The notes beneath the pieces were generated by a model. That model saw only the letters and a list, made by a program, of their open reading frames with translations, was not told the DNA's origin and searched no databases. Below are positions 28,562 to 38,270 of a stretch of DNA of 64,000 nt, in pieces (positions within the stretch are counted from its first letter, which is position 1; the number at the start of each line of letters is the position of its first letter). The DNA is from an uncultured Candidatus Rokubacteria bacterium (lineage in GTDB: Bacteria > Methylomirabilota > Methylomirabilia > Rokubacteriales > CSP1-6): positions 704,001 to 768,000 of the forward strand of contig CAVYTA010000007.1 in NCBI GenBank assembly GCA_963771355.1. The letters are read 5' to 3'. The translations under genes were made by a program, and so were the position numbers.

Positions 28562-29793
28562 GCAACACGGAGGCCAAGAGCCCCCCGCGGGCCAAGATCG
28601 AGCTGCTCGTCCGCTCCGAGTCGGGCGATGACTTCCACGTCACCAAGGTCGAGTCGAGCCTCGCCTATCGCCAGGCGCGGCCCCAGCGCATCCCCGAGAG
28701 CCAGTACGAGGTGGCGGCCCTGCGCTCGAACGTGCGCCAGACCACCACCTACGTGGTGAAGCACCGCGTCACCGAGAAGTACATCGAGCTCTCCGAGGCC
28801 GAAAGCTTCCTCTGGAACCAGATGAACGGGCACACCTCGGTGGAGGAGCTGGGGGTCGCCTACGTGCTGAAGTTCGGCGCCTTCGACTTCGACATCATCC
28901 ACGCCCTCATCGACAAGCTCCAGCGCGCCGAGCTCCTCACCATGCGGCCGATCTCCCGCCTGCGCGAGATGCTCGCGCGAAACCGGAAGAATCCCGCCGC
29001 CCGCGCCGCCGAGGCCACGCTGAAGGCGCTCGAGAAGCTCACCGTGGGCAGCCGGAGCGCCCACGACGCCTTCACGCGGGTCTACCGCTACGGCGCCTTC
29101 GTCCTCTTCACGCCGGCGGCGCTGGCGCTGCTGGCCCTGGTGACCATGCTCGGCGTCGTGGGCACGCGGGAGATCTGGCGGGACAGCGGCGATCTCTACG
29201 CGGGCTTCGGCGAGCATCCGGTGATCGCCCTGCTGCTGGTGAAGCTCTTCTTCTTCCTCACCCTGATCAGCCACCAGATGCTCCATGCGCTGGCCCTGGT
29301 GCACTACGGACGCCGGGTGAAGGAGTTCGGCTTCACGATGCTCCACGGCTTCCTGCCCACCTTCTACGCCGACGTCACCGACGTCTTCATGGGCAGCCGA
29401 CGCGCGCGCATGGTGGCGGGCATCTCGGGGCCGCTGGTTCATCTCTTCCTCGGTAGCCTCTACATCTACCTGGCCAGTCAGTCCGGCCCCGGCCTGCTCA
29501 AGTCGTTCCTGGTGGCCTCGGCCATTCTCCAGTCCCAGTCGCTCTTCTTCAGCCTCTATCCGTTCTGCTTTCTCGAGATGGACGGTTACCACGTCCTCGT
29601 GGACTGGCTGGGACTGCCGCGACTGAAGAGCGAGTCCATCGCCTTCGTGAAAGACGGGCTCTGGAAGCGCCTGAAGGCCGGCGGCCGCCTGAACCGCGAA
29701 GAGGTGGTGTTCGTGGGCTACGTAGTGCTGTCCACCGTCTCCATCGCCGCCTTCGTCGGCCTCAACGTCTGGTTCTTCGTCCACACCGCCTGA
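28558..29793 (+). CDS. PqqD/RRE-like domain fused to M50 (site-2) peptidase-like membrane domain with HQxxH
   Basis: YVVKH..KYIELSEAESFLWNQMNG..SVEEL..LQRAELL; ISHQMLHAL, PTFYADVTD, GP, LYPF..MDGYHVL. Confidence 0.75.
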   Translation: MSNTEAKSPPRAKIELLVRSESGDDFHVTKVESSLAYRQARPQRIPESQYEVAALRSNVRQTTTYVVKHRVTEKYIELSEAESFLWNQMNGHTSVEELGVAYVLKFGAFDFDIIHALIDKLQRAELLTMRPISRLREMLARNRKNPAARAAEATLKALEKLTVGSRSAHDAFTRVYRYGAFVLFTPAALALLALVTMLGVVGTREIWRDSGDLYAGFGEHPVIALLLVKLFFFLTLISHQMLHALALVHYGRRVKEFGFTMLHGFLPTFYADVTDVFMGSRRARMVAGISGPLVHLFLGSLYIYLASQSGPGLLKSFLVASAILQSQSLFFSLYPFCFLEMDGYHVLVDWLGLPRLKSESIAFVKDGLWKRLKAGGRLNREEVVFVGYVVLSTVSIAAFVGLNVWFFVHTA

Positions 29794-29809
29794 GCGCGGG
29801 CGGGACCTG

Positions 29810-30490
29810 ATGAGCCGCTTGCCCGCGCTGGCCGTCATGGCGCGCGCGCCGGGGTCGGAGAGGGTGAAGTCGCGGCTTCACTCAGCGCTCGGCGTCGGAC
29901 CCACCACCCTGCTCTACCGGTGTTTCTTGCTCGACGGCCTGGAAGCGGCCGCCGCGCTGCCCGGTGTGGCGCCCGTGCTGGCTTTCAGCCCCGCGCACGC
30001 TGCGCGCGCGATGGCGGCGCTGGCGCCGCCGGGCATGGGTCTCGTCCCGCAGCAGGGCGCGGATCTGGGGGCGCGCATGGCCCATCTCGCCGCGGCGCTC
30101 CTCGCCGCCGGGCATCGCGCGGCGCTCCTGATCGGGAGCGACCTGCCTACCCTGCCCGCCGCGCATCTGATCGAGGCGTCCCGCGCGCTGGCGGAGGGCG
30201 CGGCCGATGTGGTGCTGGGACCGGCGGAGGACGGCGGCTACTATCTCATCGGGCTCGCGCGGCCGGCGCCCGCCCTGTTCGAAGGCATCGCGTGGAGCAC
30301 GGGGGGCGTACTGGCGGCGACGCGCGCCCGCGCTCGCGGGCTCGGACTCCGGGAGCATCTCCTGGCGCCCTGGTACGACGTGGACACGCCCGCCGACCTC
30401 GACCGGCTGCGCCGCGATCTGACCCTGCCGGGCGTGGGCGCGCGGCGCACGCGCCGCTGGCTGGCCGCCTTCGCGCCGGGGCGCGGCTAA
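29810..30490 (+). CDS. TIGR04282/DUF2064 (CofC-like) glycosyltransferase A family protein
   Basis: MARAP..VKSRL, QQGADLGARM, IGSDLPTL, LGPAEDGGYYLIG, WYDVDTPADL. Confidence 0.85.
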   Translation: MSRLPALAVMARAPGSERVKSRLHSALGVGPTTLLYRCFLLDGLEAAAALPGVAPVLAFSPAHAARAMAALAPPGMGLVPQQGADLGARMAHLAAALLAAGHRAALLIGSDLPTLPAAHLIEASRALAEGAADVVLGPAEDGGYYLIGLARPAPALFEGIAWSTGGVLAATRARARGLGLREHLLAPWYDVDTPADLDRLRRDLTLPGVGARRTRRWLAAFAPGRG

Positions 30491-31830
30491 CCGCTGCCGC
30501 CGGCGAGCAGGGTGAGGAGTCGGCCCACCGCGTCGCCCAACGGGCGTGGGGCTGAGCTCTGCGCCGCGTCCCACGCGCGACGCTGCGCGTCGGGTGGCAG
30601 GGCCTCCAGCCGCGCCTGGGCCCGGCGCCGTACCTCGGGACCGAGCAGCCGGGCCACTTCCAGGGCAAGAACCCCCGCTCGACCGCCGCGGTCCGGGCCG
30701 GGCGGGGCCTCGCCGATCCACTCGAGTCCCGCGTCGAGCAGACGCCGGCTCACGCGGATGCGTGTGTCGTGCAGGCGGAGCAGGTCGCCTGGCACCGCGC
30801 CCCATTCGAGCGCGAGCGCGGCCACTGTTTCGGCGATGCTCGCCTCCAGCGCCGGGGCGCTCTCGCGGGCGATGAGGGCGGCGAGGGCGGTGGCCCAGAG
30901 CGGCTTGAACGGCGCGGGCGCGCGCGGATCCTCGCGCGGCGCGGGCGCCTCCAGCACCTCGCCGGTGGGGGAGAGGACGAGCCGGTCCTCGAGGGGGCGG
31001 CCGAGGGCCCACAGCGAGCAGATGCGCCGATCACCCACGGCGCGGATGACGCGCGGCTCGCGTCGCGTGACCGCCTGCCAGTCCGTTCGATAGAACGCCA
31101 GGCCATGCGCCACCACCTTGTCCAGGTCCTCGCGCATCTGCGCGCAGACGCCCTCGGCCACCCAGTGCCGCTCGTGCGGCGCGGGGAGCCAGTCGAGGTC
31201 GCCGCCGTCGAGGAAGCGGTCGAGCGGCGCGGTCGCGGTGGGATCGTGGCGAAAGCACTCCAGGAGGGCGGTGAAGAGGGCCTCGCTGGGATAGGGACCG
31301 CGATAGCGCACCCGCGCCAGGCCCTGGTCCTTCATGAGGCCGGCGAGGAGATCGAGCACCGTGGTGCCCGCGTGCGCAGGGAGGCGCGCCGGCTCCGCGA
31401 GCGGCGGGATGTGCTCGAGCCGCTCCCAGTCCACCGCCTCGAAGACGGTGATGGCCTCGCGCGGCTCCCAGGGCGCATCGGGGGCGAGGCGCCAGACCGC
31501 GTCGGAGCGCCCCCATGCGCGCGGCGCGCCCGCGCCCGGCTCCACGCCGATCCAGTCGCCGGCGGCGCTGAGGCACTTCGCCCAGGCGAGCCCCCCGTCC
31601 TCGCGCCACCGACAGGCGGCGATCAGGTGGCCGCGGCGATCGAGCTCCACCAGGCGGCGGCGCGGCCCGTCGGCGGCGTAACCCACGAGAGCGCCGCGCC
31701 GCCCCGCGCTGAGCGGCGGATCGTCACGCTCGAGCGCGCGGCGGAGCGCGGTGAGGCCGGGGGGATCGTGGGCGAGGATCTCGGGACGGGCCAGCGCCTG
31801 CGCCATTCGTTCCACGTGCGCCCGGTCCAT
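30487..31830 (-). CDS. Hypothetical protein
   Basis: 447-aa ORF filling the gap, GGAGG RBS; RYRGPYPSEALFTALLECF. Confidence 0.7.
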   Translation of the reverse strand: MDRAHVERMAQALARPEILAHDPPGLTALRRALERDDPPLSAGRRGALVGYAADGPRRRLVELDRRGHLIAACRWREDGGLAWAKCLSAAGDWIGVEPGAGAPRAWGRSDAVWRLAPDAPWEPREAITVFEAVDWERLEHIPPLAEPARLPAHAGTTVLDLLAGLMKDQGLARVRYRGPYPSEALFTALLECFRHDPTATAPLDRFLDGGDLDWLPAPHERHWVAEGVCAQMREDLDKVVAHGLAFYRTDWQAVTRREPRVIRAVGDRRICSLWALGRPLEDRLVLSPTGEVLEAPAPREDPRAPAPFKPLWATALAALIARESAPALEASIAETVAALALEWGAVPGDLLRLHDTRIRVSRRLLDAGLEWIGEAPPGPDRGGRAGVLALEVARLLGPEVRRRAQARLEALPPDAQRRAWDAAQSSAPRPLGDAVGRLLTLLAGGSG

Positions 31831-31856
31831 GAAGCCTCCTCGCCCACGATGTTACA

Positions 31857-33278
31857 ATGCCAGTCGTGCGAGACGATCTCGGCTGGCTGTCTGCCCTCGA
31901 CCTCGCGCGCCTCATCCGCGGTAAGGAGGTCTCGCCCGTCGAGGTGATGACGGTGGTGCTGGCGCGGATCGACGCCTTGAATCCCGCGCTGAACGCCTAC
32001 TGCACGGTGGCCGCCGAGGAGGCGAGCGACCTCGCCACCGCGGCGGAGGTCGGCGTGCTCACCGGTGAGGAACTCGGGCCCCTGCACGGCGTGCCCGTCT
32101 CCATCAAGGACCTCCTCTTCACCCGGCGCATGCGCACCACCGCGGGCTCGCGGCTGCTCGCGGACCACGTGCCGGAGGAAGACGCGGTCGCGGTGGAGCG
32201 CCTGCGCGGCGCCGGCGCCATCATCGTGGGCAAGACCAACACGCCCGAGTTCGGACACAAGGGCGTCACCGACAATCCCTTGTTCGGCCCCACCCGCAAT
32301 CCGTGGAATCCCGCGCTCACCGCCGGTGGCTCCAGCGGCGGCGCCGGCGCGGCGGTGGCGGCCGGCCTCGCGCCCCTGGCGGTGGGGACCGACGGCGGCG
32401 GGTCCATCCGCATCCCCGCCTCCTTCTGTGGAATCTATGGCCTCAAGCCGTCGTTCGGGCGCGTGCCCTCGGGGCCGGGCCTGCCGGGCTGGGAGACGCT
32501 CGCCCATACCGGGCCGATGACCCGCACCGTGCGCGACGCCGCGCTCATGCTGGATGCGCTCGCCGGTCCCGACGACCGCGATCGCCACTCGCTGCCCGCC
32601 GGCGACGGGGCGTCCTATCTCGAGGCCTGCGACGCGGGCATCGCCGGCCTGTCGGTGGCATGGTCCGCGGACCTCGGCCACGGCCGGGTGGATCCCGAGG
32701 TGGCGGAGATCTGCGGCGAGGCGGCGGTGCGCTTCGAATCGCTCGGCTGCCACGTGGAAGTGGTCATGCCCACGTGGGACGACCCCGAGGAGATCTTCCG
32801 CATCCTGGCGAGCGCGGAGGCCTTTGCCGCCTACCGCGACCGCCTCGCGGAGAGCGAGCGGCTCCTCGACCCGTCCTTCATCGAGCTCTTGCGCATGGGC
32901 GAGCGCGTCACCGCGGAGGAGTACCTCCGCGCGGTCCTGCGCCGGCGCGAGCTCTGGACCGAGGTGCACCGGTTCCTCGCGCGCTTCGACCTCCTCATCA
33001 CGCCGACCCTGGCGGTGGCGGCCTTTCCCCTCGACGCCCCGCCGATCCGCGAGATCGCAGGCCAGCCCGTCTCGCCGCTGGGCTGGACGCCCTTCACGTT
33101 CCCGTTCAATCTCACCGGGCAGCCGGCGGCGAGCGTGCCCGCGGGCTTCACCGCGGCGGGCTTGCCGGTGGGGCTGCAGATCGTGGGCCGGCGCCACGCC
33201 GATCGGACGGTGCTCGCCGCGTCGGCCGCCTTCGAGGCGGAGGTTCCATGGCGAGAGCGCCGGCCGCCCGGCCTCTGA
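31857..33278 (+). CDS. Amidase (amidase signature family)
   Basis: [40 protein letters not shown]. Confidence 0.95.
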   Translation: MPVVRDDLGWLSALDLARLIRGKEVSPVEVMTVVLARIDALNPALNAYCTVAAEEASDLATAAEVGVLTGEELGPLHGVPVSIKDLLFTRRMRTTAGSRLLADHVPEEDAVAVERLRGAGAIIVGKTNTPEFGHKGVTDNPLFGPTRNPWNPALTAGGSSGGAGAAVAAGLAPLAVGTDGGGSIRIPASFCGIYGLKPSFGRVPSGPGLPGWETLAHTGPMTRTVRDAALMLDALAGPDDRDRHSLPAGDGASYLEACDAGIAGLSVAWSADLGHGRVDPEVAEICGEAAVRFESLGCHVEVVMPTWDDPEEIFRILASAEAFAAYRDRLAESERLLDPSFIELLRMGERVTAEEYLRAVLRRRELWTEVHRFLARFDLLITPTLAVAAFPLDAPPIREIAGQPVSPLGWTPFTFPFNLTGQPAASVPAGFTAAGLPVGLQIVGRRHADRTVLAASAAFEAEVPWRERRPPGL

Positions 33279-33288
33279 GCCCGTCCGC

Positions 33289-33669
33289 GTGCGCCTGCTC
33301 CTCATCTGCCTCGGTGGGGCCTGCGGCACGGCGGCCCGCTACGGGGTGGACATCGCGGCGGCCCGCTGGCTCGGCGTCGACTTTCCCTATGGGACATTGA
33401 TCGTGAACGTGGTGGGCTCCTTCCTCATCGGGGTGATCCAGGAGGTGGCGCTCTCGACGTCCCTCGTGCCCGAGACGCTACGGCTGGTCCTCGGGGTGGG
33501 GGTGATGGGCGGATTCACCACCTACTCGGCCTTCTCCTACGGAACGATTCGCCTCGCCGAGCGGGGCGCCACCGCCGCCGTCACGAACGTGCTGCTGACG
33601 ACGGGCCTCTGCCTGGGGGGGTGCGTGCTGGGCGTCCTGCTAGCCCGCGCGCTGGTGACGCCGCGGTGA
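33289..33669 (+). CDS. crcB: Fluoride channel Fluc/CrcB
   Basis: GGACGTAARY, FPYGTLIVNVVGSFLIG, GVMGGFTTYSAF. Confidence 0.9.
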   Translation: MRLLLICLGGACGTAARYGVDIAAARWLGVDFPYGTLIVNVVGSFLIGVIQEVALSTSLVPETLRLVLGVGVMGGFTTYSAFSYGTIRLAERGATAAVTNVLLTTGLCLGGCVLGVLLARALVTPR

Positions 33670-33675
33670 CCGGCC

Positions 33676-33873
33676 CTAGCGGCTTTCCTTCTCGGACTGC
33701 ATGATCCGCTGCTGGTGGGCCTTGAGCGCCGCGTCCCAGCGCTTGAGCATGTCCCCGCGCTGCGCGTCGAAGCGCATCCTCTCCGTCGCCACGCCGGCGG
33801 CGAAGGCGACGAGCACGAGGAGGAGGATCGCCACCGCGCCCAGCACGCGCCTCGCGCGCGTCCGCTCGTCCAT
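33676..33873 (-). CDS. Small membrane protein
   Basis: One TM followed by FAAGVATERMRFD coiled segment. Confidence 0.6.
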   Translation of the reverse strand: MDERTRARRVLGAVAILLLVLVAFAAGVATERMRFDAQRGDMLKRWDAALKAHQQRIMQSEKESR

Positions 33874-33930
33874 GGCTCCCATCATACCCTTGGCCGCCCC
33901 GCCCCCTCAAGGCGGCGCCGGGAGGTCCCC

Positions 33931-34536
33931 ATGCTGAATCGGCTCGCGTCTTCGCTGTTGGTGATTGCCCTCCTCACCGCCGCCGCCGCCGCCCAGCCCG
34001 CGACGGCCCCGAGCTTCGCGGTGGGCGACAGCTGGGTCTATACCGACGGCCGGCAGATCAAGGTGGTGAAGCTCGACGACGGCGGCCCCGTCATGACGGG
34101 CGCGCTCCCCTCCTGTCCCCCCTGCGCCGTCCACTACGACAGGAACCTCGCCATCCGGAAGGTCACCGACACGGGCGGCAAGCCGGTGGAGGCGGCCAAG
34201 CTCGGCTTCCTGATGCTGGGCCCGGACTGGAAGTTCTACGCCTTCCCGCTCGAAGTGAAGAAGGCCTGGAAATTCTCCGCCGAGGGCCTGTTGGCGGGGA
34301 AGCCCGACCGCTACGACGTGGCGGTGCTGGTGAGCGCGCTGGAGGACGTGACGACCAAGGCGGGGACCTTCAAGGCGTACAAGATGGAGCGGACGTGGAG
34401 CGGCACATCGGGGGGGACGCCCTTCGGCTTCAAGGACGTCGTATGGTTCGCCCCCCGCGCGAAGTTCCCGGTGAAGTTCGAGTCCAACCGGCAGGGGGCC
34501 AAGAGCGGTGAGCTGGCCTCCTACGCGGTCAAGTAG
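33931..34536 (+). CDS. Secreted hypothetical protein
   Basis: GGAGG RBS, signal peptide, VGDSWVY, EDVTTKAGTFKAYK, WFAP. Confidence 0.8.
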   Translation: MLNRLASSLLVIALLTAAAAAQPATAPSFAVGDSWVYTDGRQIKVVKLDDGGPVMTGALPSCPPCAVHYDRNLAIRKVTDTGGKPVEAAKLGFLMLGPDWKFYAFPLEVKKAWKFSAEGLLAGKPDRYDVAVLVSALEDVTTKAGTFKAYKMERTWSGTSGGTPFGFKDVVWFAPRAKFPVKFESNRQGAKSGELASYAVK

Positions 34537-34539
34537 CCC

Positions 34540-34932
34540 TCAGGGCCTGGGCGGGCCGCCGGGCCACGTGCGGGGGGGCGCGGGGGGCGCGGATCTGGGC
34601 GGCGTGTGCGGGGACTCCGGTTCTCCGCGCAGCTTGTTCAGCACCTCGCCCATGAACTGGGATAGGGCGGCGGCGATGTCCTCGCGCTCCTTCAGGCAGC
34701 GGGCATTGTCGCTGCGCAGCCGGGCCACGACTTCGCGCAGCTCCTGCGTCTCGGCCTCGGCGGCCTCCATCTGGGCGCGCAGGCGCTGGGTGACCTTATC
34801 GGCGGTGAAGGCGATGTCCTGGAGCCGCCCGAACTCGGTGAGAAAGGCGCCCAGCGCCTGCAGGTTGGCGCCGCTCTCGGCCAGCCATCGGTTGGCCCGA
34901 TCCCGGATCTCCGCGCCGGTCATGGTTCGCAT
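34540..34932 (-). CDS. Hypothetical coiled-coil protein
   Basis: AGGAGG RBS, heptad-like middle region. Confidence 0.65.
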   Translation of the reverse strand: MRTMTGAEIRDRANRWLAESGANLQALGAFLTEFGRLQDIAFTADKVTQRLRAQMEAAEAETQELREVVARLRSDNARCLKEREDIAAALSQFMGEVLNKLRGEPESPHTPPRSAPPAPPRTWPGGPPRP

Positions 34933-35085
34933 CCGCGACTCCTCCTGGCGTCTCCGTCTTCGCCCGGCCAGCCTAGCTTCGACGGAGAGGCGGGTCAATG
35001 GGGCCCGCGAAACCCCTCGTTTGACATTTCTTTTTGCATGTCCCAGTATCCGTGTGCGCCCTCGGCTCGGGAGGGCCATGCACTG

Positions 35086-36144
35086 ATGCCCGTGAAGGAA
35101 TTGGACGCCATCGTGGTCGGGGCCAGCTTCGCGGGGCTCGGCGTGGCCCGCCAGCTCCGGGGCGATGTGCTCCTGCTGGATCGCAACGAGGTCGGCACCG
35201 TGCAGACTTCCGCCTGCGGCACTCCGCTCTGGGTGCCCGAGTCCCTCGGCGTGGCGAACAGCGTGCTGCAGGTTCACGACCGGCTCACCGTCCGCACCCC
35301 GCGGGGCAGCGTCACCTACGATCTCTCCGAGGTGCCCTTCTGCACCTTCGACTACGGGCTCTTCTGCCGGGGCCTGCTCGCGCAGTGCCGCGCGCGCTTC
35401 CTGCGCGCGTCGGTGACGGGAATCGAGGAAGGCGCGGTGGTGACCAGCGAGGGCCGCTTCCACGCGCCCATCGTGATCGACGCTTCCGGCTGGCGCGGCG
35501 CGCTCGTGCACGACCGCTCGGGGCCGCCCGCCGGGCGCGGCTACTCCTTCGGGCTCGAGACGCGCGCGCGGCTCGCCGATGAGGGCCTCTCCTTCTGGCT
35601 CGACAAGCGCCTCATCCGGCGGGGCCTCGGCTGGATCTTCCCCGTGGGCGGCGAGAGCCTGATCGGGCTCGGCTCCTATGCCGGCGCCTCCAAGCTCAAG
35701 CCCGCCCTCGAGCGCTTCCTCGCCGAGATCGGCGCCACCCCCACCACCTACCACGGCACCTACTTCCCGCACCGGCTGCTGCGGCCCACGGTGGGGCGCC
35801 TCTTCGCGGTGGGCGACGCGGGCGGGCAGTGCATGCCGTTCACCGCCGAGGGCATCCGGCCCGCGCTCTACTTCGGCGGTGAGTGCGGCAAGCTGGCCCA
35901 GCAGGTCATCGACGGCGCCCTCGACCTGCCCGGGGCGCTGGCCGCATATCGTCGGCACGTCGAGGGTTATCGCCGCGCCTACCGCGTGCTGTGGCTCGCG
36001 CAGATCTTCGCCGCGCACGCGCCCACCCGCTGGTTCGCGGCGTTCACGCGCCTGGCGGCACGGCCACCGGTGCTGCCCCGCTGGTGGCCGCGCTATGGCT
36101 GGTTTGGACGGATGGATCCCGCTCCGGTCCCCACCGCACCGTGA
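35086..36144 (+). CDS. NAD(P)/FAD-dependent oxidoreductase (geranylgeranyl reductase-like)
   Basis: IVVGASFAGL, IDASG, GWIFP, VGDAGG..PFTAEGI. Confidence 0.85.
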   Translation: MPVKELDAIVVGASFAGLGVARQLRGDVLLLDRNEVGTVQTSACGTPLWVPESLGVANSVLQVHDRLTVRTPRGSVTYDLSEVPFCTFDYGLFCRGLLAQCRARFLRASVTGIEEGAVVTSEGRFHAPIVIDASGWRGALVHDRSGPPAGRGYSFGLETRARLADEGLSFWLDKRLIRRGLGWIFPVGGESLIGLGSYAGASKLKPALERFLAEIGATPTTYHGTYFPHRLLRPTVGRLFAVGDAGGQCMPFTAEGIRPALYFGGECGKLAQQVIDGALDLPGALAAYRRHVEGYRRAYRVLWLAQIFAAHAPTRWFAAFTRLAARPPVLPRWWPRYGWFGRMDPAPVPTAP

Positions 36145-36181
36145 GGTCGCTGCGCGCCACTCCGGGGTCCGCCACGAGGCG

Positions 36182-36916
36182 ATGCGCGAGCTGATCGCGC
36201 GGTATCGGTGGGGCATCGTCGTCGGAGCGGGGGCCCTTTCCGTGGGGTTCCTGGCCTGGTTCGTCCTGTCCGACTCCTCGGGCTTCCAGTACCTCGTCCG
36301 TCTCTACCAGGACAAGCGGCTCCTCAAGCAGACGCTCAACGAGTGGGGCTTCCTCGCGCCCGTATTCTTCATCGTGCTCCAGGCGGTGCAGGTCGTGGTG
36401 TCGCCGATCCCCGGCGAGGCCACCGGCTTTCTGGGCGGCTATCTCTTCGGGGCCTGGGGGGGCTTCATCTACTCCACCATCGGGCTGACGCTGGGCTCGG
36501 TGTTCGCCTTCGCCATCGGCCGCTGGCTCGGCGCCCACTTCGTCCGCAACCTGGTGAGCAAGGAAAACTGGGAGCGGATGGGCTTCATCGTGGAGGCGGA
36601 GGGCGCCATCCTCTGCTTCATCATCTATCTCATCCCCGGGCTGCCCAAGGACATCGTCTGCTTTCTCTTCGGCATCAGTCCCATGCCCCTCTGGGTATTC
36701 GCGCTGGTGTCGGGGCTGGGGCGCATGCCCGGCACCTGGATACTCTCCGCGCAGGGCGCCCATACCGCCCACGGCCAGTACATCCACGCGGTGCTCATCG
36801 GCGTCATCGCCCTCGCGGTGGCTCTGCCGCTCTACTACTACCGGCACCGCATCGTGACGTGGGTCCGCCAGCGGACGGGCGGTGACGCCGGGGGCGGCTC
36901 CAGCAGCGGGGCTTGA
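36182..36916 (+). CDS. TVP38/TMEM64 (DedA/VTT) family membrane protein
   Basis: QVVVSPIPGE..GGYLFG..G, YLIPGLPKD, GRMPG. Confidence 0.85.
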   Translation: MRELIARYRWGIVVGAGALSVGFLAWFVLSDSSGFQYLVRLYQDKRLLKQTLNEWGFLAPVFFIVLQAVQVVVSPIPGEATGFLGGYLFGAWGGFIYSTIGLTLGSVFAFAIGRWLGAHFVRNLVSKENWERMGFIVEAEGAILCFIIYLIPGLPKDIVCFLFGISPMPLWVFALVSGLGRMPGTWILSAQGAHTAHGQYIHAVLIGVIALAVALPLYYYRHRIVTWVRQRTGGDAGGGSSSGA

Positions 36917-36942
36917 CAGGCCTCCCCGCCGCGCCGTATGAT
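36913..36942 (+). promoter_or_regulatory. Sigma70-type promoter of the leader-aroF transcript
   Basis: TTGACA-18 bp-TATGAT. Confidence 0.7.
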
Positions 36943-36999
36943 CCACCGCACTTTCGTACACGTCTTCCAGTGCATGTGGTCCAGGAGGAATCGCCGGTG

Positions 37000-37083
37000 A
37001 TGCGGACGGGGAATGGTGGAGCGCAGGGCTGGCGCCACTATTTTTACTTTCCCCGGTCCGCCTACTGGCTCCCCCTGAGCTGA
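37000..37083 (+). CDS. Attenuator leader peptide MRTGNGGAQGWRHYFYFPRSAYWLPLS
   Basis: AGGAGG at 36983-36988; 7 aromatic codons (2 W, 3 Y, 2 F) in 13 codons; upstream of DAHP synthase. Confidence 0.8.
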   Translation: MRTGNGGAQGWRHYFYFPRSAYWLPLS

Positions 37084-37138
37084 CATCCGGGAGCCACGGG
37101 CGGACGGAACGCCGACCCGTGGCGATCGAACCGAGCCC

Positions 37139-37178
37139 AACGCCGCGGCCGGCACCGCCCGCGGCGTTTTTGTTTTTT
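37139..37178 (+). terminator. Intrinsic terminator (attenuator) in the aroF leader
   Basis: AACGCCGCGG/CCGCGGCGTT stem followed by TTTGTTTTTT. Confidence 0.85.
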
Positions 37179-37212
37179 CCAAACGGGCCGGAACAAGCGA
37201 GTGGAGGCGGCG

Positions 37213-38229
37213 ATGATCATCGTGCTCAAGTCGGGGATCTCGGAAGCGGACATCGAGGCGGTGTGCCGGCGTATCGAGGAGATGGGCTATCGCCCGCACC
37301 AGATCCGCGGGGAGTTCAAGACCGTGATCGGGGCGGTGGGGGAGGAGCGCGGACAGCAAGACCTGCGCATCCTCGAGGCGATGGAGACGGTCGAGTCGGT
37401 GATGCCCATCCAGCAGCCCTTCAAGCTGGCGAGCCGCGAGATCCGCATGGAGCCCAGCCTGGTACGGGTGAACGACGTGATCATCGGCGCCAAGCCCGTC
37501 GTGGTGATGGCGGGGCCGTGCTCGGTGGAGTCCGAGGGGCAGGTGCTGGAGGTGGCCGACGCGGTGAAGACCGCGGGCGCGCGCATCCTGCGGGGCGGCG
37601 CCTACAAGCCGCGCACCTCGCCCTATGCGTTCCAGGGGCTCAAGGAGCAGGGCCTCAGGTACCTCGCGGAGGCGCGCAAGCGCACCGGGCTCCCCGTCGT
37701 CACCGAGGTGCTCGAGACGGAGAGCGCCGAGCTCGTCGCCGAGTACTCTGACATCCTGCAGATCGGCGCGCGCAACATCCAGAACTTCACCCTGCTGCGC
37801 CGAGTGGGCGAGCTGGGCAAGCCCGTGCTCCTCAAGCGCGGCATGGCCACCAGCATCCAGGAGTTCCTCCTCTCCGCGGAGTACATCCTGGCCGCGGGCA
37901 ATCCGAACGTGATCCTCTGCGAGCGCGGCATCCGCACCTTCGAGACCTCCACCCGCTTCACGCTCGACCTCAACGCGGTGCCGGTGCTCAAGAAGCTCTC
38001 GCACCTGCCCGTGGTCGTGGACCCGTCGCACGGGACCGGGCACTGGGACCTGGTGGCCCCCATGGCCAAGGCGGCGGTCGCCTGCGGCGCCGACGGCCTG
38101 ATCATCGAGGTGCACCCGCGGCCGGAAGAGGCGCTGTCCGACGGGCCGCAGTCGCTCAAGCCCTCGAAGTTCGCCCAGCTCATGCGGGAGCTCCGGCCCG
38201 TGGCCGAGGCGGTGGGGCGCGCCCTCTAG
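37213..38229 (+). CDS. aroF: 3-deoxy-7-phosphoheptulonate (DAHP) synthase, type I-beta with N-terminal regulatory domain
   Basis: [46 protein letters not shown]. Confidence 0.95.
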   Translation: MIIVLKSGISEADIEAVCRRIEEMGYRPHQIRGEFKTVIGAVGEERGQQDLRILEAMETVESVMPIQQPFKLASREIRMEPSLVRVNDVIIGAKPVVVMAGPCSVESEGQVLEVADAVKTAGARILRGGAYKPRTSPYAFQGLKEQGLRYLAEARKRTGLPVVTEVLETESAELVAEYSDILQIGARNIQNFTLLRRVGELGKPVLLKRGMATSIQEFLLSAEYILAAGNPNVILCERGIRTFETSTRFTLDLNAVPVLKKLSHLPVVVDPSHGTGHWDLVAPMAKAAVACGADGLIIEVHPRPEEALSDGPQSLKPSKFAQLMRELRPVAEAVGRAL

Positions 38230-38270
38230 GTCCGGCGCCCGGGGGAAACGCATGGCATAATCGAAATGCC

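Noticed and set aside
29810..30490. Arsenosugar or selenoneine (SenB) pathway implied by the TIGR04282-type gene
   Set aside because: No partner genes (arsS/arsM, TIGR04283 GT2, senA/selD) in the window
33279..33288. Fluoride riboswitch upstream of crcB
   Set aside because: Only 10 nt between the amidase stop and crcB; no GGCGAUGG..CGCC motif
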